DNA of 64,000 nt from a virus. The notes beneath the pieces were generated by a model. That model was given only the letters and a program-made list of their open reading frames with translations, ran no database searches and was not told the DNA's origin. Shown in pieces: positions 43,060-54,258 of the stretch (positions are counted from its first letter, which is position 1; each line of letters begins with the position of its first letter). The position numbers and the translations under genes are program-made. The stretch lies in IMG/VR virus record IMGVR_UViG_3300013137_002966, positions 29,723-93,722 of that record. The stretch is one strand, 5' to 3'.

Positions 43060-43885
43060 ATTTTAAAGTTATTGTCGGTGGGTTGTTTCTTTTATGATTG
43101 TTTATAACAATTCTTTTTTCAATTTCATCAATCACATTATCTTCAAAGCTAATTTTAGCTTGTTTGGCTCTAAATTTCATATTCTCTCCATGATTCTTAT
43201 ATCGATTAATATTGAAATGATCAGTAAGTCCTTCACGAAATTCCAAATATTTATCAATTTCTTTATAAGTAATACCGATTTCACTTTCATCTGTCTGTCC
43301 ATCAAATAATCCAGCTGATGGAGCACGATTGATAATTTCTTCAGGAATATCACATAATTCTCTTGCGATTTCATAAACTTCATATTTAAATAAATCAGCA
43401 ATTGGCTCAACATCAACACCAGCACCACCATCACCTGCTTTTGTGTAATATCCTAAGTATTCTTCTGTTTTATTGGTCGTTCCAAGAACAAGACAATGAT
43501 TTGCTTCTGCATATGCACGAATGGCTGTCATTCTAAGTCTTGCCTTAATATTAGAAAGAACTAATTTACCTTCAACTGATGTGACATTTTTGATATTTTT
43601 GAATAGATCTTCAGCAGGTATATCTAACCTGACTGTTACAGTTTTAATATCAAGATTATTAGCTAGTTCAGTTGCTAATTTTACATCTTCAGTTCTATCT
43701 CTTTCACCGGTGATTGTACATGGTAGAAGAATTCCAAGTACTTTTTCTTTACCAACAGCTCTAACAGCAAGTGAAGCAGAAACTGCGGAATCAATTCCAC
43801 CACTAAGTCCTATTACATAGCCATCAAAGCCTTTTTCAGTGGCAAATTCAGATAACCATGTTGAGATTTTGTCTATTTTTGTCAT
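43058..43885 (-). CDS. nadE: NH3-dependent NAD+ synthetase
   Basis: GLSGGIDS, NIKARLRM, GYYTK.GDG, PSAGL..GQTDE. Confidence 0.95.
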   Translation of the reverse strand: MTKIDKISTWLSEFATEKGFDGYVIGLSGGIDSAVSASLAVRAVGKEKVLGILLPCTITGERDRTEDVKLATELANNLDIKTVTVRLDIPAEDLFKNIKNVTSVEGKLVLSNIKARLRMTAIRAYAEANHCLVLGTTNKTEEYLGYYTKAGDGGAGVDVEPIADLFKYEVYEIARELCDIPEEIINRAPSAGLFDGQTDESEIGITYKEIDKYLEFREGLTDHFNINRYKNHGENMKFRAKQAKISFEDNVIDEIEKRIVINNHKRNNPPTITLK

Positions 43886-44016
43886 ATAGTTTTTATTTGA
43901 TACAAATATAAGAAAATTTTATTAAATAAAAAAACGATATTTTTTATTTAATATATAGATAAAATAATTTTAAGTTATTAAAATTAATATATAGAAGAAA
44001 AAATAATTTTTAAAAA

Positions 44017-44538
<522 letters not shown>

Positions 44539-44637
44539 TTATGTTATTAAATAATCAAAAAATCCGAATTTATTTCGGATTTTTTGTTTTAAAAACGACT
44601 TTTAATTATTAATATATACTAAAAATAAATTAGGCAC

Positions 44638-45093
44638 ATGTCTCTTAGAAAGTATAGTGATTTTGAAAAAACATCTGAAGTTAATAGTGGTCCTATTAAA
44701 GAAGATGTATTATTGAGTCCGAACGATAAATCTAATATTGGTATTGAAATATTAGAAGATAGAATTATTAAGTTTAACAACTTTAATCTCAAAGATATTT
44801 TAGAAACCTTAAAAAATAAATATTCTGAAACTGATTATTATTTTAGAAGTAAAGATAATGAATTGCACGTTGTTAAGTATAATGAAAAATTAAGTATTAA
44901 TATTAACGATTTTGTTAATTCTTTATTGAAGTTTTATTCTACTAAGCCTGGCATTAAGAATATTACAGATGGAATTAAGGTTAAAGGAAATGGTAATTTT
45001 TGTATTATTGAAAACCTTAAATCTGTTTATAGTGAGAGACTTATAGATGATTTGACAAAATTATTATCAAAAAAAAAGGATGATTTTAGATAA
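44638..45093 (+). CDS. Hypothetical protein, paralog of 26794..27174
   Basis: Shared motif pattern. Confidence 0.7.
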   Translation: MSLRKYSDFEKTSEVNSGPIKEDVLLSPNDKSNIGIEILEDRIIKFNNFNLKDILETLKNKYSETDYYFRSKDNELHVVKYNEKLSININDFVNSLLKFYSTKPGIKNITDGIKVKGNGNFCIIENLKSVYSERLIDDLTKLLSKKKDDFR

Positions 45094-45868
45094 AAAAATA
45101 GAAGTTACTATAATTAATCATAACATTCAACATTATAAAGATTTAGGTTTTGACGTTAAATGTAAAGATAAAATTTTTGTTAAACCGCAAGAATTAACTT
45201 CTGGGTCTCATTGTAAAGTTAATTGTTCATGTGACGAATGTGGATATGAGACATTTATTAAATATCAGGATTATTTGAAGGCTTTTAACAAGAATCAGAA
45301 ATATACTTGTGAAAAATGTAGACAGATTGAATTTTCAAATTTTAATAATACTAAAAAGCAATTGATGAAAACAAATAGAATAACTGCAGTTAAAAAAAAA
45401 TATGGTGTTGATAATATGTTTCAAGTTGAATTTGTGAAAGAAAAAATGAAAGAAACATTTATAAAAAAATATGGTGTCGAGCATCCGTCACAAAATGAAG
45501 TTGTAAAAGAAAGATTAAAGCAAAATAGAATAAAAAATGGTACTCAAGTATCAGACGATAATCTATCTGATTATGAAAAATATAGAAAAAAAGTTAGTTA
45601 CTATACACGTAAATATAAAAAGGAACTTTATAATAATTGGAATGGTTTAGATTATTATGATAATGAATTAATTATTGAGAATAGAAAATATAATTTTAAT
45701 GATGAGAGATATTTAACAATTGATCATAAGATTTCAGTAAAAAAAGGTTTTGAAAATAATATAGAACCAATCGTTATTGGTAATATAAACAATTTGTGTA
45801 TAACAAAAAGATGTAATAATTCATCTAAAGGAAGTTTATATGATATACCAAAAAGATTAAAAAATTAA
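45080..45868 (+). mobile_element. HNH homing endonuclease
   Basis: CDEC/CEKC, KKYGV repeats, IDHKIS...NL.IT...NSSK. Confidence 0.75.
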
Positions 45869-45877
45869 AAACATATT

Positions 45878-47776
45878 ATGATAATAAATTTTAAATTATT
45901 TGAATCCGCACCTAGAATACCTAAAAGTGAGGAATACTGGAAAAAGAAAGGAAAATCCGGCAAAAATATATGTCTTATATTTCACGATGATATGGATGGT
46001 ATAGTTTCTGCTATTATAATGAAGAATTATTTAATAAATCAAGGATTTAAAATTAAACAATATGGTATTATAAATTATCAAGAAGGATGGCAAGCATTTA
46101 GTATTAATCCCGAATTAATAACAATTGCTTTGGATTTTGCTAATGATATACCTGGTGTTGATGTATATGTAGATCATCACGGAAAATTTTCTGAAGAATT
46201 AAAATTAACTCAAAAAAGAGCAAGTGTAAAAACTGAGACAGGTTCGGCTGCCGAAGGTATTGCTCAACAAATAGGCGTACCATTTTCAAAAGAAACAAAA
46301 GATTGGATTGATATGATAGATTCAGCAAAATATAGTGAATATGATGTTGATATTAGAAGTATTCTTGATTTTGATTTGTCAACCATAGCAAAAAGTGAAA
46401 ATGCAAAACTCAATTTTGCTGCTGCTATGAATCAATTAATAAAAAGAAGTGATGATAGAACTTTCATTGAAGTAGTGAATGCATGTAATCAACCTTCAAT
46501 TTATAATATCTATAGACTATTTAAATTATTTTATCCTAAAAACAATCCAGATACAAAAGGAGAAGAGCCAGAATTTGTTTCATCTGGACGAGAAAGATTA
46601 CGTCAGATGGAATTAAGAACTAAGGGTAGAGGTTTTGAAGAACAAGGCTTTGATAAAAAAGGTAATAAGATTAGATATACCGACCAACTAGATTTTTGGC
46701 GTGATTTTGCTAAAAAATTACCTTATACTGATGTGGATCCTGATGGTTATGCGATTGAAACCGGTAAGGTGAAATTTCAATTAAAACCAGGTGTATATCA
46801 AATTATTGGAAATCTAATGTATGTTCCTTCTGGTACATGGTCTAATGCACTTAGAGCAAAAGCACTATTTCATCAGGATCTTGATAATGGTATTGTACCT
46901 GATGATCCTAAATTAAATTTTGTCTTATTACAATATGGAAACACTTTACAAATTGCTGATTTAAGAACAAAAATTAAAAGTATGAAAGAAGAAGATTTAC
47001 CTAAGGATAAAAATGGTAATCCAATTGATGATTTAAGCAAATATTGTGAATCTTTACTTAAAAATTTTCAAGTTTATTTGGGATATAAAGACGATAGAAC
47101 TGTTTCAGGTGGACATTATGGTATTGGAACGATATCAAATATCTTTGGAAAATGTAAAAGAAGTCCATATCAGGGTGTTAAATATTTAGATATGTTTAAA
47201 AATAAAATTATTAATGATATATCTGGTGTTAAATGGAGTATAACGATGCCTTGGAATGAAGAGGAAGAAAGAAGAAGAACAGTTAAACCTGAAGATATTA
47301 ATAAAAAACTTATGGATATAGATAGACTTCGTAGTGAAGAAGAAGCGAAAACTGAAAAAAATGAAAAAGAAATATTAAATTATTTAATATCTAACGATAT
47401 AGAAGAAAGAGAATATATTAAAAAATTTAAGAATCCTGTAATGAGAAAAATTTACGATATCTGGTTAGAAACTCACTTTAATGAAATTGAAAATGGATCT
47501 ATTAATTCTAGAAACCTGGGTTCATTGCGTTTCAATGCAGATGGTAAAAATCGTTTAGAAGAAAGTGAATTATTTCAAAGGGTAGTTGAAAAATTTGGTT
47601 TTGATGATCTTTATGTTCAACAAGAGGCTGGAAAACCAAAAGTAGATCCAACTCTTAATCAAAGAAGACAGAGAAATGAACTTAAACGAACTTTTAGACT
47701 TATGTTTGACATTTACGAAGATAAATATCTAAGTAAAGATAGTGAACAGAAGTTTATGAAATGGCTTAAAAATTAA
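45878..47776 (+). CDS. DHH-family phosphoesterase-like protein
   Basis: FHDDMDG, LDFA, VDHH, later GGH. Confidence 0.7.
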   Translation: MIINFKLFESAPRIPKSEEYWKKKGKSGKNICLIFHDDMDGIVSAIIMKNYLINQGFKIKQYGIINYQEGWQAFSINPELITIALDFANDIPGVDVYVDHHGKFSEELKLTQKRASVKTETGSAAEGIAQQIGVPFSKETKDWIDMIDSAKYSEYDVDIRSILDFDLSTIAKSENAKLNFAAAMNQLIKRSDDRTFIEVVNACNQPSIYNIYRLFKLFYPKNNPDTKGEEPEFVSSGRERLRQMELRTKGRGFEEQGFDKKGNKIRYTDQLDFWRDFAKKLPYTDVDPDGYAIETGKVKFQLKPGVYQIIGNLMYVPSGTWSNALRAKALFHQDLDNGIVPDDPKLNFVLLQYGNTLQIADLRTKIKSMKEEDLPKDKNGNPIDDLSKYCESLLKNFQVYLGYKDDRTVSGGHYGIGTISNIFGKCKRSPYQGVKYLDMFKNKIINDISGVKWSITMPWNEEEERRRTVKPEDINKKLMDIDRLRSEEEAKTEKNEKEILNYLISNDIEEREYIKKFKNPVMRKIYDIWLETHFNEIENGSINSRNLGSLRFNADGKNRLEESELFQRVVEKFGFDDLYVQQEAGKPKVDPTLNQRRQRNELKRTFRLMFDIYEDKYLSKDSEQKFMKWLKN

Positions 47777-47789
47777 ATACATTAATCAT

Positions 47790-47815
47790 AAAAAAGAGCC
47801 GAAAGGCTCTTTTTT
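47790..47815. terminator. Bidirectional terminator
   Basis: aaaaagagcc-gaaa-ggctcttttt. Confidence 0.9.
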
Positions 47816-48431
47816 ATTTTCTTTTATCTTGAAGAATTTTATCAATAGATTTATTAATATCTCTATCCGTAATTCTCATGTCTCTAAATTTAGTTTTATC
47901 CTCATGCTCTCCTGTATTTATCTCTTTCAGTTCACCTTTTAATTCTCTAAAAAATTCTTTCATATTTTTTTGAAGTTTGTACAGAGCCTCAATACCTTCT
48001 TTCATTTCTCTTTGAAATAGTGATACAGCTGTATATAAATCAGCATTTACACTACCATTATCAATTTGTCTCATTAAATTAATTAAACCTCTTTTAGAGC
48101 AGGAAATAGAAAATTTTAAATCAGAAAGAGCTAACGCATCATTTGTGATAATATTATTTATATTTTTGTTTTTCATAGTTTCTTCATCTAAATATAAATT
48201 AGCAAGACACTCTAATGTTTCTTTAGATTCATCTCGTATTGTTTCTAAATCTCTCTCATAATCATGCATCTCAATACTCATATTAAGATCCACTCCGTTC
48301 ACCTCCGGAAAGAAATCAGATGGATTAAAGTCTAATTCATCTTGTACTTCTTGAATTTCATTTTTTAATTGCTCTATATTTTCTTGAAAGTGTTCTCTAT
48401 AATCACTCGGTTTAGCATTATCCTTAGACAT
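47814..48431 (-). CDS. Coiled-coil hypothetical protein
   Basis: ORF. Confidence 0.65.
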   Translation of the reverse strand: MSKDNAKPSDYREHFQENIEQLKNEIQEVQDELDFNPSDFFPEVNGVDLNMSIEMHDYERDLETIRDESKETLECLANLYLDEETMKNKNINNIITNDALALSDLKFSISCSKRGLINLMRQIDNGSVNADLYTAVSLFQREMKEGIEALYKLQKNMKEFFRELKGELKEINTGEHEDKTKFRDMRITDRDINKSIDKILQDKRK

Positions 48432-48482
48432 AAAAAATAGTTTTATTTTTTTAATATATATATAAATAAAATAAGATTCAAT

Positions 48483-49124
48483 ATGAAATATATCAAGTTT
48501 TTTGAAGCTGTTCTAAGAAAGCACCAAGGTGGTAACCTATTTTCCAATAATCATAGATTTCCAAATCTACCTAAAAATTGTCCAATGATTGATATTGATA
48601 ATATTGGTAAGATTAATAATGCTATTAGTGCTATTATAGAAGATAAATATACTTTTGAATCATCTCTAGGTAATCCAATAACGACTAAAACTTGGCAGAA
48701 ATCACAATTTCTTAATATATGTGAACTTACGGGTCTTGATCTAATATTTTACGAAACTAGTACAAAAATTGCTAAAAAAGCAATAAATAATTATAAATCA
48801 ATTGATTATAATAATTATAGTGATTTTGATGTTATTAATACTTCAGATAGAATTTATGTAGAAATTAGAAACAATACTCCTGCTGCTTTGATGTATAGAA
48901 CAGAAAATTTAAGAGCTGAGAAATTATTAAATGATCAAATATTTCAAATTTCAAAGCAATTAGCAGATTTATTAGAAGTTGATTTGTATTTGGTTAATGA
49001 TTCAGTTGGTGTAGATAAAAAAATATATATTAAAAAATATCTATCAAATGAGCATGTTATTATTCAGAATCCTTTTAATAGTAAAGATTGGATTGATGCA
49101 TATGATAAACTTAAATTATTGTAA
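48483..49124 (+). CDS. Hypothetical protein
   Basis: ORF with MKYIKFFE N-terminus. Confidence 0.65.
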   Translation: MKYIKFFEAVLRKHQGGNLFSNNHRFPNLPKNCPMIDIDNIGKINNAISAIIEDKYTFESSLGNPITTKTWQKSQFLNICELTGLDLIFYETSTKIAKKAINNYKSIDYNNYSDFDVINTSDRIYVEIRNNTPAALMYRTENLRAEKLLNDQIFQISKQLADLLEVDLYLVNDSVGVDKKIYIKKYLSNEHVIIQNPFNSKDWIDAYDKLKLL

Positions 49125-49139
49125 AAACTAATTAGTATT

Positions 49140-49694
49140 ATGCAAAAATATAGCAATAAATTTTCAGAGCCAATTACAAAAGAAATAATTAAAGATCAAT
49201 TAAGAACGGTAATTGATTTTCCTAAACCTGGTATACATTTTAAAGATATATCTCCTATTTTAAAGGATCCTACTTTGGTAAGATATATCGTTAATGATAT
49301 TGTAAATCATATTAAAAACGATAATATTGATATTGTTGTTGGATTAGATGCTAGAGGTTTTATTTTAGGACCTATGATAGCAGATAAATTAGATATTGGA
49401 TTTGCTATGATTCGTAAAGCTGGTAAACTTCCACCTCCTTATGTTCAGAAGGAATATGATTTAGAGTACGGGAAAAGTAAAATTGCAATATCACCAGATA
49501 TTATTCAGGAAGGAATGAATGTACACATACATGATGATCTCTTAGCTACCGGAAATACAATAATAACAACTATTAAGCTAATTGAGGATTTAGGATCTAT
49601 GGTATCGTCTATTTCAGTAATTGTAGAGTTATCAGAATTACATGGTATTGATAAATTAAAAAATTATAAAATTTATTCTTTTTTAAAAATTTGA
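49140..49694 (+). CDS. apt: Adenine phosphoribosyltransferase
   Basis: DFPKPGIHFKDI, DARGF, RKAGKLP, LEYG, DDLLATG. Confidence 0.95.
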   Translation: MQKYSNKFSEPITKEIIKDQLRTVIDFPKPGIHFKDISPILKDPTLVRYIVNDIVNHIKNDNIDIVVGLDARGFILGPMIADKLDIGFAMIRKAGKLPPPYVQKEYDLEYGKSKIAISPDIIQEGMNVHIHDDLLATGNTIITTIKLIEDLGSMVSSISVIVELSELHGIDKLKNYKIYSFLKI

Positions 49695-49767
49695 TCTAAC
49701 TTTTGAACTAAATTAATAAGAATTAGATATGATGAAAATATATAATTAAAATAAAATTAAAGATTGA

Positions 49768-50709
49768 ATGATTAAGAACTATAATTTATTTTTATTAAAA
49801 GAAAATGTGAAATTATCAAGTGATGATATTATTGATATTATTAAATCATTAAGCACTGATGATAAGAATTCTAAATTAGTCAACAAATTAGTAAATTATG
49901 TTGATGAACAAGGTAAAACTATATTAATGGATTTAGTTCAAAAAAATAAAATTGATTTAATAGATTATATTCTAAAATTTAATATTGATATTAATCATAA
50001 AAATAAAAAGAATGAAAATGTTCTTTTTTATTGTAAGAATATCAATATGTTTAATAAATTTTATAATATGGGAGCAGATAGTACATTAATCAATTCAGAT
50101 GAAAGAAATATATTATTAGTGTTATCAAATAAAAAAATTTTTAATGTAGATTTATATAAAAAATTAATTAATGATGGTGTTGATATAAATAAAAAAGATT
50201 TATGGAACAATAGTATTGTATTTTATAGTATTTATAATCAAAAAATATTAGAATTACTTATAAGTGAAAATGTAGAATTTGATAATATTAACACTCTATC
50301 AATTATTAATGAATTATTTAATAGATTCAGATATTGGGATAAAGATAGAAAAATGATAATTAAAAAAATTAAATATTTATTTGAAAATGGATTAAAAATA
50401 TCAAATAAAATGCTTCTTGAAGCTATTAAAGATCGACTTATTTGGTCAACCGCAAGTGATAAGTATGATATTGTCAAAGATTTTTTAATGCCACTATCAG
50501 ATTATATTGATGATGATATGATAAAACAATTAATCACAGACAATTCAAATAATGCTAATCTCTTAATGAAAATCATGAAAAATCTTCCACATTATTATCC
50601 ATATATTAAACAATTATATGGAAGTTCTCCAGATTCTTTTAATTATTACTTTGGTGAGTTTTTAAAAAAACATACTCATCTAGAAGCAGCAGATAAATAT
50701 AACTTATAA
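49768..50709 (+). CDS. Ankyrin-repeat protein
   Basis: G.T.LM, GADSTL, GVDIN..D repeats. Confidence 0.7.
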   Translation: MIKNYNLFLLKENVKLSSDDIIDIIKSLSTDDKNSKLVNKLVNYVDEQGKTILMDLVQKNKIDLIDYILKFNIDINHKNKKNENVLFYCKNINMFNKFYNMGADSTLINSDERNILLVLSNKKIFNVDLYKKLINDGVDINKKDLWNNSIVFYSIYNQKILELLISENVEFDNINTLSIINELFNRFRYWDKDRKMIIKKIKYLFENGLKISNKMLLEAIKDRLIWSTASDKYDIVKDFLMPLSDYIDDDMIKQLITDNSNNANLLMKIMKNLPHYYPYIKQLYGSSPDSFNYYFGEFLKKHTHLEAADKYNL

Positions 50710-50743
50710 ATATAAATATATACCAGAAAATAAGATAAATAAA

Positions 50744-51223
50744 ATGGAATATTTAGATGAAGAATATCTTAAATTATTCAAACAAATCAAGAATGAAAAT
50801 CAAACAATAGTTGAAACCAAAGATTACTCATTTGATCAACTAAGAGGTAATGTTAATCAGATTAATTATCAGATGATTACCGAAACACCTAATTATGCTA
50901 ACTATGATAATTTTAGAAATCAAAATATAAATGAAGTTAGAAGACAAAATTATTCACAAGATTTTAATCTGAATGAATTCAATATTGAAACTAGAATTAA
51001 TGGTGAAAATATTAATGAGGTTCGTAGACAAGAGAAAGAAGATAGATTAAATGAGGTAATGAAAAAACTTCGTGAAGATAGATTGAATGAGATTAAACAG
51101 ACAGAAGAAAGACAATCATTAAATGAAGTTATTAATTTCAAAGATGCAAATGTTGTAACATTAGATATGTTTGAAAAAGCTAGATTTAATTCAATGATGA
51201 ATGTATATAAAACAATAAAATGA
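50744..51223 (+). CDS. Hypothetical protein with repeated INE/LNE motifs
   Basis: Multiple (I/L)NE sites. Confidence 0.65.
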   Translation: MEYLDEEYLKLFKQIKNENQTIVETKDYSFDQLRGNVNQINYQMITETPNYANYDNFRNQNINEVRRQNYSQDFNLNEFNIETRINGENINEVRRQEKEDRLNEVMKKLREDRLNEIKQTEERQSLNEVINFKDANVVTLDMFEKARFNSMMNVYKTIK

Positions 51224-51224
51224 G

Positions 51225-51542
51225 ATGAAACATATTAATTCAATCAATGAATGGTTTGGTAACTCTGATAAATTTGAATTTATAAAAAATATTTTAGATA
51301 TTGTTGAAAAAGATAACATTGAAATTGTTTATAAACATTTAAGTTATTCGGAACATACTTCTTTTGAAGTTGTTGTTGATGGTAAAAAATATATCTTTGA
51401 ACATTTTGATGGAAATTTTGATTATACTTTAAAATATGATGATAAATATCTTTCTATACCTGCTAAATATTATAGACAAATAAAGAAACTATATAATAAA
51501 AGAGAGGAAATAAAAATATCTGCACGAAAATATAATTTATAA
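51225..51542 (+). CDS. Hypothetical protein
   Basis: MKHINSINEW start; ARKYNL end. Confidence 0.65.
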   Translation: MKHINSINEWFGNSDKFEFIKNILDIVEKDNIEIVYKHLSYSEHTSFEVVVDGKKYIFEHFDGNFDYTLKYDDKYLSIPAKYYRQIKKLYNKREEIKISARKYNL

Positions 51543-51572
51543 AATGAAATATCAAAATTAAATTAAAGTAAA

Positions 51573-51860
51573 ATGAAAAATTTAAAAATATACGAAGAAT
51601 ATAAACTTGATCCAGAAGGTGATATAGAACAAGAATATGTAAAAGCCATAATTTCACATTATATTGATCATATGTTAGAAGGTGGAACACTTCAAAACAG
51701 TTTTGATTTTTATTGTAAAGTAGATTTAGATGAAGATTTAAGAAGTATTGCTGTTAATGAACTTAATTGGTTTATAAATGATCTAAAAAAAGAAGCTAAT
51801 CATTTGATATATACTGATAATGATTATATAAGGAATAGCGCTGAAAAATATAATCTATGA
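51573..51860 (+). CDS. Hypothetical protein
   Basis: MKNLKIYEEY start; AEKYNL end. Confidence 0.65.
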   Translation: MKNLKIYEEYKLDPEGDIEQEYVKAIISHYIDHMLEGGTLQNSFDFYCKVDLDEDLRSIAVNELNWFINDLKKEANHLIYTDNDYIRNSAEKYNL

Positions 51861-52078
51861 TGTTTAAAGATTTCTATATAGGAAGAAAAGGTTTATATCA
51901 CAATAAAAATGTGACAATAATATCAACTAATTATGATGTTCTTGAATATCAAGATTTTGGTTTCAATTTTGATAATTTTGAGATAACACTTTATTTTGAA
52001 GATGGATCAAAAAAAATTGAAAAATTAAAAGGAAATCTTATTAAAAAGAGTTTAAAATTATACGAAAATAAAAATTGA
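51857..52078 (+). CDS. Hypothetical protein
   Basis: ORF overlapping the previous stop. Confidence 0.55.
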   Translation: MMFKDFYIGRKGLYHNKNVTIISTNYDVLEYQDFGFNFDNFEITLYFEDGSKKIEKLKGNLIKKSLKLYENKN

Positions 52079-52148
52079 CCATATTTTAATAATATATAAA
52101 AAAAATCAAATTAAAATAATTATATATATATAAAAATAATAGCAAATT

Positions 52149-52394
52149 ATGATTAAAAATTTTTCACAATTTAATGAAAGTTTAAATGAAAAATTATCTG
52201 GTTTACAAAAAGAATATAGAGAGTTTTTTAGATTTATGCTTGATTGTTATGAAGTTAAGTCTCCAGCTAAACTTTCAGAAGAAAAGAAGAAGGAATTTTT
52301 TGACAATATAAATAAATATTGGATCAGAGGTAAAGGTCCAACAAAAGACCTTGATAAGATTAAAGAAGATATTTGTAGTGTTGAAAAAAAATAA
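52149..52394 (+). CDS. Hypothetical protein
   Basis: MIKNFSQFNESLNE start. Confidence 0.65.
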   Translation: MIKNFSQFNESLNEKLSGLQKEYREFFRFMLDCYEVKSPAKLSEEKKKEFFDNINKYWIRGKGPTKDLDKIKEDICSVEKK

Positions 52395-52439
52395 TTTTGA
52401 AAATTAATATATAACATATAAAAAATAATTTTTATAAAA

Positions 52440-52850
52440 ATGAAAGAAACTAAATTAAATAACCTTTTGAGTATGGAAGAGTATTCAGAGAAGGATGTAT
52501 TCAAGAAGTCTAAAGCTACTAAAAGAACAGATGTAGCAAAAGATGTTCTTATGGAATCAGAAGTTACTGGTAAAGATGTTAATACCGAAAAAATGAAAGA
52601 TAAAGAAGTTGTTGTATCAAAAGAATTAAACAACTTATTTAGTATTGATGATTTTTCAAAAGAAATGACGGCTGAACCTAAAAAGTCTAAAAAAACTGAA
52701 GTTGCAAAAGATATTTTAGAGAAAAAAGAAGAATGCTGTGATGAAGATGAAAAAGAAGAAGAAGAAGAAAAACCTAAAGGTTTAACTGCTGCACAGAAGA
52801 AATTACCAGAAGCTTTACAAAAAGCTATTCTAAAGAGACAAAAAAAGTAA
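52440..52850 (+). CDS. Charged repeat protein (possible head-internal protein)
   Basis: Two LNNL.S...S...K.T.VAKD.LE repeats; QKKLP..LQKAILK end. Confidence 0.7.
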   Translation: MKETKLNNLLSMEEYSEKDVFKKSKATKRTDVAKDVLMESEVTGKDVNTEKMKDKEVVVSKELNNLFSIDDFSKEMTAEPKKSKKTEVAKDILEKKEECCDEDEKEEEEEKPKGLTAAQKKLPEALQKAILKRQKK

Positions 52851-52857
52851 TAACTAA

Positions 52858-53310
52858 ATGGTAGGTGACTTACTACAAGGTGGAATTGTATTTTACTCAG
52901 GTGATACACTTGTTCTTATCGCTGCATTAAAAGATATTGAGATACCTCTTTATTGGGATAATTTTAAGAATGCTGTTAGTGGAACTTCAACTAGTCTTGG
53001 ATCAGGCTCAACTAATACAGATATTATCATTAGTGTTTGTACTGGTAATACAATGATAGCTGCAAGTGCATGTACTAATTATTCATATGGTGCTTATAGT
53101 GATTGGTTTTTACCATCAAAAGATGAATTGAATGAGATGTATTTGCAAAAAGATGTAGTTGGTGAATTTGATGAATATACCAATTACTGGAGTTCTTCAC
53201 AAAATACACCCGAAACTGCTTGGTTGCAATTTTTCTTAAATGGCACACAAAGCGCATCTGGTGGAAAGGACCAGCTATATAAAGTCAGACCTATAAGAAT
53301 AATGACTTAA
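52858..53310 (+). CDS. DUF1566/Lcl-like domain protein
   Basis: GGIVFY, DWFLPSKDELN, YWSSSQ, VRPIR. Confidence 0.75.
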   Translation: MVGDLLQGGIVFYSGDTLVLIAALKDIEIPLYWDNFKNAVSGTSTSLGSGSTNTDIIISVCTGNTMIAASACTNYSYGAYSDWFLPSKDELNEMYLQKDVVGEFDEYTNYWSSSQNTPETAWLQFFLNGTQSASGGKDQLYKVRPIRIMT

Positions 53311-53428
53311 AAAATAAGATTAATAAATATAATGAATCTTAAAAAACCCAAAATACTTAAATTATAAAGAAAGCCCTAAATGGGCTTTTTTTATTTTAAA
53401 GTATTTTATAAAAAAATAATTATTAACT

Positions 53429-53818
53429 ATGATCCGTAACAAAGCAATTGAAGATGTAATTTCGAGAAAACCTGTTTTTACTGATATATCATCAAATATA
53501 TCTGAATATTATGGTATATTCACTTTTAATTTAGAAACTATGAAAAAATACTTAACATCAGAATCCTATAAGAATGTTGAAAATTCTATTAATTCATGGG
53601 GACATATTGATAAAAAAACTGCTAATGAAGTAGCTGCCGCAATGAAAACATGGACAACTAATTTAGGCGCAACACATTATACACATTGGTTTCATCCTTT
53701 AAATAATGTTAAGCCTTACTTAGAAGAAATTAGATATCATATAGATAAATTAGAGTTAATTGTTGACGATGAACTTTGGCCTTTACCTAAATATAGAGAA
53801 TTACTTTTTGTGAGATAG
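53429..53818 (+). CDS. Internally deleted glutamine synthetase III (N- and C-termini fused)
   Basis: GATHYTHWFHPL joined directly to IRYHIDKLELIVDDELWPLPKYRELLF. Confidence 0.8.
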   Translation: MIRNKAIEDVISRKPVFTDISSNISEYYGIFTFNLETMKKYLTSESYKNVENSINSWGHIDKKTANEVAAAMKTWTTNLGATHYTHWFHPLNNVKPYLEEIRYHIDKLELIVDDELWPLPKYRELLFVR

Positions 53819-53846
53819 AAAAAAAGCCTCGTTTGAGGCTTTTTTT
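53819..53846. terminator. Bidirectional terminator
   Basis: aaaaaagcctc-gttt-gaggctttttt. Confidence 0.9.
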
Positions 53847-54258
53847 ATTTTAAATGTATTCTGGTTCGACCATCATTCCAATAATTTATATTACCATAAT
53901 AAACTAATATTTCCTCATCTTTTTCAATTCTTTTATTTGATTTAAAAACAAAAATTTCATTTTGGTCATCTGTATACCAAAAAGCATTAGGCATTTCTGA
54001 GTGATTATAATAACAAGCAAATCCCATAGGTAAAACTTGATATTTCCAGTCAGCAGTTGGAAAATTAAATCTATAATCTATAAAAAGAGGACTTAAATCA
54101 CCTTTATTTATAGGTAAAATTAGAAAAGGTACTTCTTCTAATATTTCATTTTCAAAAATTACATCCTTAGCAAAAACACCCCAACCATGAATAGTTGATT
54201 TTCGTAATTGTATTTTGGAATTAAAAAAGAGACTATCTTTCATTTTTGATAAATCCAT
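53845..54258 (-). CDS. SET-domain protein
   Basis: IHGWGVFA, YNHS..PN, EEILVYYG. Confidence 0.9.
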   Translation of the reverse strand: MDLSKMKDSLFFNSKIQLRKSTIHGWGVFAKDVIFENEILEEVPFLILPINKGDLSPLFIDYRFNFPTADWKYQVLPMGFACYYNHSEMPNAFWYTDDQNEIFVFKSNKRIEKDEEILVYYGNINYWNDGRTRIHLK

